From a bacterium (GTDB lineage: Archaea; Thermoplasmatota; E2; JACPAO01; JAHFTW01), in the NCBI GenBank assembly GCA_040390065.1, contig JAZJZE010000005.1, positions 1-64,000 on the forward strand: a stretch of 64,000 bases of DNA, given 5' to 3'. The position numbers and the translations under genes were made by a program. Of this stretch, positions 60,069 through 64,000 are shown one piece after another. The notes beneath the pieces are model-generated. The model did no database searches. It was not told where the DNA came from and saw only the letters and a list, made by a program, of their open reading frames with translations. Position 1 is the first letter of the stretch. Every line of letters starts with the position of its first letter.

Positions 60069-60203
60069 GCCCGCCGGCTCATCCAGCAGTGTGTGTCAGG
60101 CTGGAGGGTGAATCGCATGCACGGTTGGGTCGGTCTTGCCGGCGGGCAAATCCCCTGAAGCATCGGGTGGGGATGAGATGCGTCGGACAGGCCAACGTCT
60201 GTG

Positions 60204-60998
60204 CTATGCGAGGGGCCGCCAACGCCTTGACGCGAGTTTCGCGATCCACTCGTCGCCTTCCGGCCAACGCGGGTACTTCTTCTCGGCGCGGCGGAACTCG
60301 GGCGTGTGCACGCGGCGCTTCGTGCCGGAGCCCATACGAACGGGGTGGATGATGTGCAGGAGCTCGTGGTACAGGACGTAGTCGAGGACGAACTCGGGGA
60401 CGCGCGGGTCGTCGAGGACTTGGCTGATGACGACGGCCTGGTGGTCGGCGTCCCAGTGGCCGAAGCGGTTGCGGCTCACGGTCTGGCTCCAACTCAACTT
60501 GGGGATGGATGGGAGCACGAGACCCATGTCGAGGCTGACGCGCAGGTAGGATTCGAGGAGGCTGCGGTGGCGCCCGACGGGGTCGATGTGCTTGCGTCCG
60601 CGCCGGCGCGGTGCGTCATGCGGCCCGGCGGTGCCTTGCGACTCGAGGGCGTACTGCTTGTAGGCGCGCACCGCATCGCGGTTCACCCGGTCGGGCGGAA
60701 GCCGGAAGAGCTTGCCCAGGAGGACGCCGAAGACACCCTCCAGGACCGCGACGGGGGCACCATGCAGGCGGTCGGACAGCTTGAAGTGGACGTATGCGCC
60801 GCGGTCACGCACCGTCGACTTGCCGTCGGCGTAAGGGTAGAACGCTACGCGCACGGGGCGCACGCGTAGGCCCATCGTTGCCATGACACCCTCCGCGGCG
60901 ACGGCCGGGTCTGGGGCGGACGGCGCCGGCGGCCCTTCCTCGGCCTCGAGGCCGGCCAGAGGCCAGCTGCCCCGCAGTGCATCCACGGGCTCTGGCAC
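60204..60998 (-). CDS. YgjP/SprT-like zinc metalloprotein
   Basis: VLDYVLYHELLH, H..EF; start uncertain. Confidence 0.8.
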   Translation of the reverse strand: MPEPVDALRGSWPLAGLEAEEGPPAPSAPDPAVAAEGVMATMGLRVRPVRVAFYPYADGKSTVRDRGAYVHFKLSDRLHGAPVAVLEGVFGVLLGKLFRLPPDRVNRDAVRAYKQYALESQGTAGPHDAPRRRGRKHIDPVGRHRSLLESYLRVSLDMGLVLPSIPKLSWSQTVSRNRFGHWDADHQAVVISQVLDDPRVPEFVLDYVLYHELLHIIHPVRMGSGTKRRVHTPEFRRAEKKYPRWPEGDEWIAKLASRRWRPLA

Positions 60999-61081
60999 GT
61001 CATGGGCCTTTTCAAGAGGCTCGGAATGTGCGCCGCGTGGCCCGCGCTGCCAACGCCTCCCCGGCAAAGCCTCCGGCGCGC

Positions 61082-61894
61082 TTGCTGGACCGCCCCCGAG
61101 TCACGACCATCGACGTGGTGCGCAAGGAGACGGCCCGCCACTCCACGATTGCCTTCCGTGACGACGCCTTGGCCGCCGCGCCGGCCGGCACGTTCTGCAT
61201 GGTCTGGGTCCCGGGCGTCGACGAGGTCCCCATGGGCCTCGGCTACAACGACGGCGAAGGCCGTGTCACGCTCACCGTCGAAGGCAAGGGCGACTGCACC
61301 AAGGCGTTGCTGGACCTCAAGGTCGGTGCACGAATCGGCGTCCGCGGCCCATATGGGCGCGGCTTTGCCCTGCCGAAGAAGGGGCACGTCTGCTTCGTCG
61401 GCGGCGGTACCGGCATCGCCCCGATGGCCCGAGGGGCGCAGCAGGCGCTCGAATCAGGCCTCGAGGTCACCGTCGTCGCTGGGGCCCGCAGCCGCGACCT
61501 GCTCCTCCTCCACCCCCACCTCGGGACCCTGGCCGACGACGAACTCATCCACTACGAGCCCTGCACGGACGACGGCTCCTTCGCGTACAAGGGCCAGACG
61601 ACGGCGCGGCTGTCGCAGCTACTCGACGAGGAGGATTTCGCCTACGTTGCCGCATGCGGCCCCGAACGCATGATGCAGAAGGTCACGCAGATGTGCGAAG
61701 CCGCCGGCGTCCCGTCCGAGGCGTCCTTGGAACGATACATGAAGTGCGCCACCGGAATCTGCGACGCTTGCACCGTCGGCGACGGCTTGCGCCTGTGCGT
61801 CGAAGGACCGGTGTTGGCCGCGAAGGAATTGGCGACGGTGCCGGAGTTTGGGGTGTGCCATCGGGACGCAGCGGGGGTCATGCATCCGTGGTAG
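61082..61894 (+). CDS. pyrK: Dihydroorotate dehydrogenase electron-transfer subunit
   Basis: MVWVPGVDEVP, RGPYGRGF, GGGTGIAP, CGPERMM, LERYMKCATGICDAC, CVEGP. Confidence 0.88.
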   Translation: MLDRPRVTTIDVVRKETARHSTIAFRDDALAAAPAGTFCMVWVPGVDEVPMGLGYNDGEGRVTLTVEGKGDCTKALLDLKVGARIGVRGPYGRGFALPKKGHVCFVGGGTGIAPMARGAQQALESGLEVTVVAGARSRDLLLLHPHLGTLADDELIHYEPCTDDGSFAYKGQTTARLSQLLDEEDFAYVAACGPERMMQKVTQMCEAAGVPSEASLERYMKCATGICDACTVGDGLRLCVEGPVLAAKELATVPEFGVCHRDAAGVMHPW

Positions 61895-62047
61895 CCCAAA
61901 ATGGGCTTGTACGGCGGGCTCGCTCGGCCGCTCGCCCACCGACGGAACCCATTTTGGGCGCTGCGCAGCGAGGACACTAGGGGGCGCTGCGCGCCCCCTA
62001 AGACCCCCATGCGGACTGGACGGCGCTCGCTGCGCTCGGCCGTCCAG
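61894..62047. repeat. Cluster of three perfect stem-loops (REP-like)
   Basis: GCCCAAAATGGG/CCCATTTTGGGC (61894-61959), TAGGGGGCGC/GCGCCCCCTA (61978-62000), CTGGACGGC/GCCGTCCAG (62016-62047). Confidence 0.75.
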
Positions 62048-62474
62048 GCCACCGCACCCTGCCCTCCCGGGCCACCTCCCTCGGGTTTCGCTTGATGCGA
62101 TTCCGCGTCATCGGGCGTTCCCCGCGCCGCCGGCGGCCCTCGCACGCCGCCACCGCTGCGCTTGGCGGCTGCTTGCCAAGCCCTCGCGCCGCCGCGCCGC
62201 CGCGCCTGGGGCGCGTCGGCTGTCGTGCTCGCCCCGGCCGGCGGCGTCCACTCCCAATCCATCTTGAGGTCATGGTGGTGGATGTCGCCGCCGTCGCAAA
62301 GGAGGACCTGGCGTCGCCCGTTGACCAGCAGGTATACGCCAATCCCCGAAATCCCCCAAATCCCTGGAATCCCAGGCCGCCCACACTGGCCCACCGGGTC
62401 TTCTCTCCTGGGACATTTCACCGGCGGCAGCGAACCCCTTTTAGCCAACCGGCATGTAGGCGTTCAGGCTGACC

Positions 62475-62708
62475 ATGGCTGTCGGATTCGTCCTCATCAG
62501 TGCCGCCCCCGGAAAGGAGCACGAGGTCTACAACACCCTGCTCAAGGTGTCCGAGATCGTGGAGCTTCACCCCCTCTTCGGCGAGTACGACCTCATCGCC
62601 AAGCTCGAGGCCGCCGACTTCGACACGCTCGGCCACGTCATCGTCAACAAGATCCGCTCCATCGAGGGCGTCGTCGACACGAAGACGCTCACTGGAACGA
62701 AGTTCTAG
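62475..62708 (+). CDS. Stand-alone Lrp/AsnC ligand-binding (RAM) domain protein
   Basis: GFVLI..PGKE..V..LFGEYDLIAK..IRSIEGV.DTKT. Confidence 0.88.
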   Translation: MAVGFVLISAAPGKEHEVYNTLLKVSEIVELHPLFGEYDLIAKLEAADFDTLGHVIVNKIRSIEGVVDTKTLTGTKF

Positions 62709-62779
62709 CACGGCGCAGCAGGCTTCCTCGCTTCCCTCGGCCTACACCCCTTTTTCAATCCGTTTGCGTTGGCCGCAGT

Positions 62780-63082
62780 GTGAACGTCTGGAGCACCGTC
62801 GCCGCCAACGTGTTCCTCAGCTTCGCCATCATGCTGCTCGTGGCCGGCATCGTCGGCGCATACTACGGCAAGGGGCGCAGCCGCAGCATCGGGTTCTCCG
62901 CCATGCTCCTGGCGATGCTGCTTCTCGGGACGTTTGCCGCCCTGACGTGGCCTCTCATCAGCGGCATCGATCCCATCTTCGTCCCGCACGACGTCCTGAC
63001 GTCGATGGCCGCCGTCGGCGCCGCGCTCCTGGGTGGCTTGCTGGCCGCCGCGATGTACGTCTTCATCGTCATGAAATCGTGA
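62780..63082 (+). CDS. Small three-TM membrane protein
   Basis: GTG start; AGIVGAYYGKGRSRSIG between TM helices. Confidence 0.7.
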   Translation: MNVWSTVAANVFLSFAIMLLVAGIVGAYYGKGRSRSIGFSAMLLAMLLLGTFAALTWPLISGIDPIFVPHDVLTSMAAVGAALLGGLLAAAMYVFIVMKS

Positions 63083-63086
63083 GCCG

Positions 63087-64000
63087 CTAGCGGTCGAGCG
63101 CGGCGATGCCCGGAAGCACCTTGCCTTCGAGGAACTCCAGGCTCGCCCCTCCACCGGTCGAGACGTGCGTGACCTTGCCCGTGACGCCATACTTTGCCGC
63201 CGCAGCCGCGGAGTCGCCGCCGCCCACGATGGTCGTGCCCGTGCACGCTGCCATGGCGTCGGCCACCGCCTTCGTGCCCTCGCCAAACGGCTCCCACTCG
63301 AAGACGCCCATGGGCCCGTTCCAGAGCACCGTCTTGCCGTTCGTGACTGCCGCGTAGAAGGCCTGGCGCGTCTCGGGGCCGACGTCGAGCCCCATCCAGG
63401 CTGGCCGCATCGCCGACAGCTTGCAAGAACGATAGGCGGCGTCCTCCGCGAACGCGTCGGCCGCCACGACATCCGTCGGCAGGAGGACCTTGACCTTGCG
63501 CGCCGCCGCCCGTTCGAGAAGCGACTTGGCCAGCGGGATGCGGTCCGTCTCGACCAGCGACTTGCCGACTTCGTGGCCCTGCGCCTTGAGGAACGTGAAG
63601 GCCATGCCGCCGCCGATGACGAGCGCATCCACACGGTCCAACAGGCGCTCCACGACGAGGATCTTGTCGGACACTTTCGCGCCCCCGAGCACGGCGACGA
63701 AGGGCCGGGCGGGCTTGTCCAGGGCCGTACCGAGGGCGGCCACCTCCTTCTCGATGAGGAAGCCGGCGAACGACGGCAACAGGTGAGCGACTCCCGTCGT
63801 GCTTGCGTGGGCACGGTGCGCAGTGCCGAATGCGTCGTTGACGTAGGCGTCGGCGAGGGCGGCAAGTTCCTTGCAGAACGCCGCATCGTTTTCCTCCTCG
63901 CCCTTGTGGAAACGCACGTTCTCCAACAGGAGCACATCGCCCTTGCCGAGCTTCGCGACCGCCTCCTTGGCGACGTGGCCGACGCAGTCGGGGGAAAAGG
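63087..64000 (-). CDS. pgk: Phosphoglycerate kinase (5' partial)
   Basis: [57 protein letters not shown]. Confidence 0.97.
   Translation of the reverse strand, partial: FSPDCVGHVAKEAVAKLGKGDVLLLENVRFHKGEEENDAAFCKELAALADAYVNDAFGTAHRAHASTTGVAHLLPSFAGFLIEKEVAALGTALDKPARPFVAVLGGAKVSDKILVVERLLDRVDALVIGGGMAFTFLKAQGHEVGKSLVETDRIPLAKSLLERAAARKVKVLLPTDVVAADAFAEDAAYRSCKLSAMRPAWMGLDVGPETRQAFYAAVTNGKTVLWNGPMGVFEWEPFGEGTKAVADAMAACTGTTIVGGGDSAAAAAKYGVTGKVTHVSTGGGASLEFLEGKVLPGIAALDR

Overview
High-GC archaeal chromosome segment, most likely an uncultivated Thermoplasmatota/euryarchaeal lineage (inferred from TFB, archaeal TyrRS, Trm1, THEP1 NTPase, mvk/ipk/type-2 idi/GGPP synthase, PGF-CTERM tails and TATA boxes ~22-30 nt before start codons). 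Housekeeping genes (tyrS, truA, carA, carB, trm1, tfb, tatA/tatC, isoprenoid pathway, pyrK, pgk) are interleaved with many cell-surface genes: three class III (pilin-type) signal peptide proteins, four PKD/TSP3-repeat proteins, two PGF-CTERM repeat proteins and many lipoproteins. Top finding: a ~31-48 kb envelope locus containing one ORF that fuses a Dol-P-Man-synthase-like GT2, a GtrA-like domain and a PMT/GT39 protein O-mannosyltransferase-like domain. It lies beside Pro/Thr-rich PGF-CTERM candidate substrates, two more GT-C genes and a PGI/PMI, suggesting an all-in-one archaeal protein O-glycosylation system. Other signals: a sharp local strand-skew inversion near 23.8 kb, a frameshifted GxxExxY gene inside 37-bp inverted repeats, a degenerate duplicate of the carB 3' end bounding a small island, and two HicAB modules bracketing the putative S-layer gene. 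No rRNA, tRNA, CRISPR array, integrase or transposase was recognised. All calls are by eye from motifs; no searches were run. Several starts were re-assigned relative to the ORF track.
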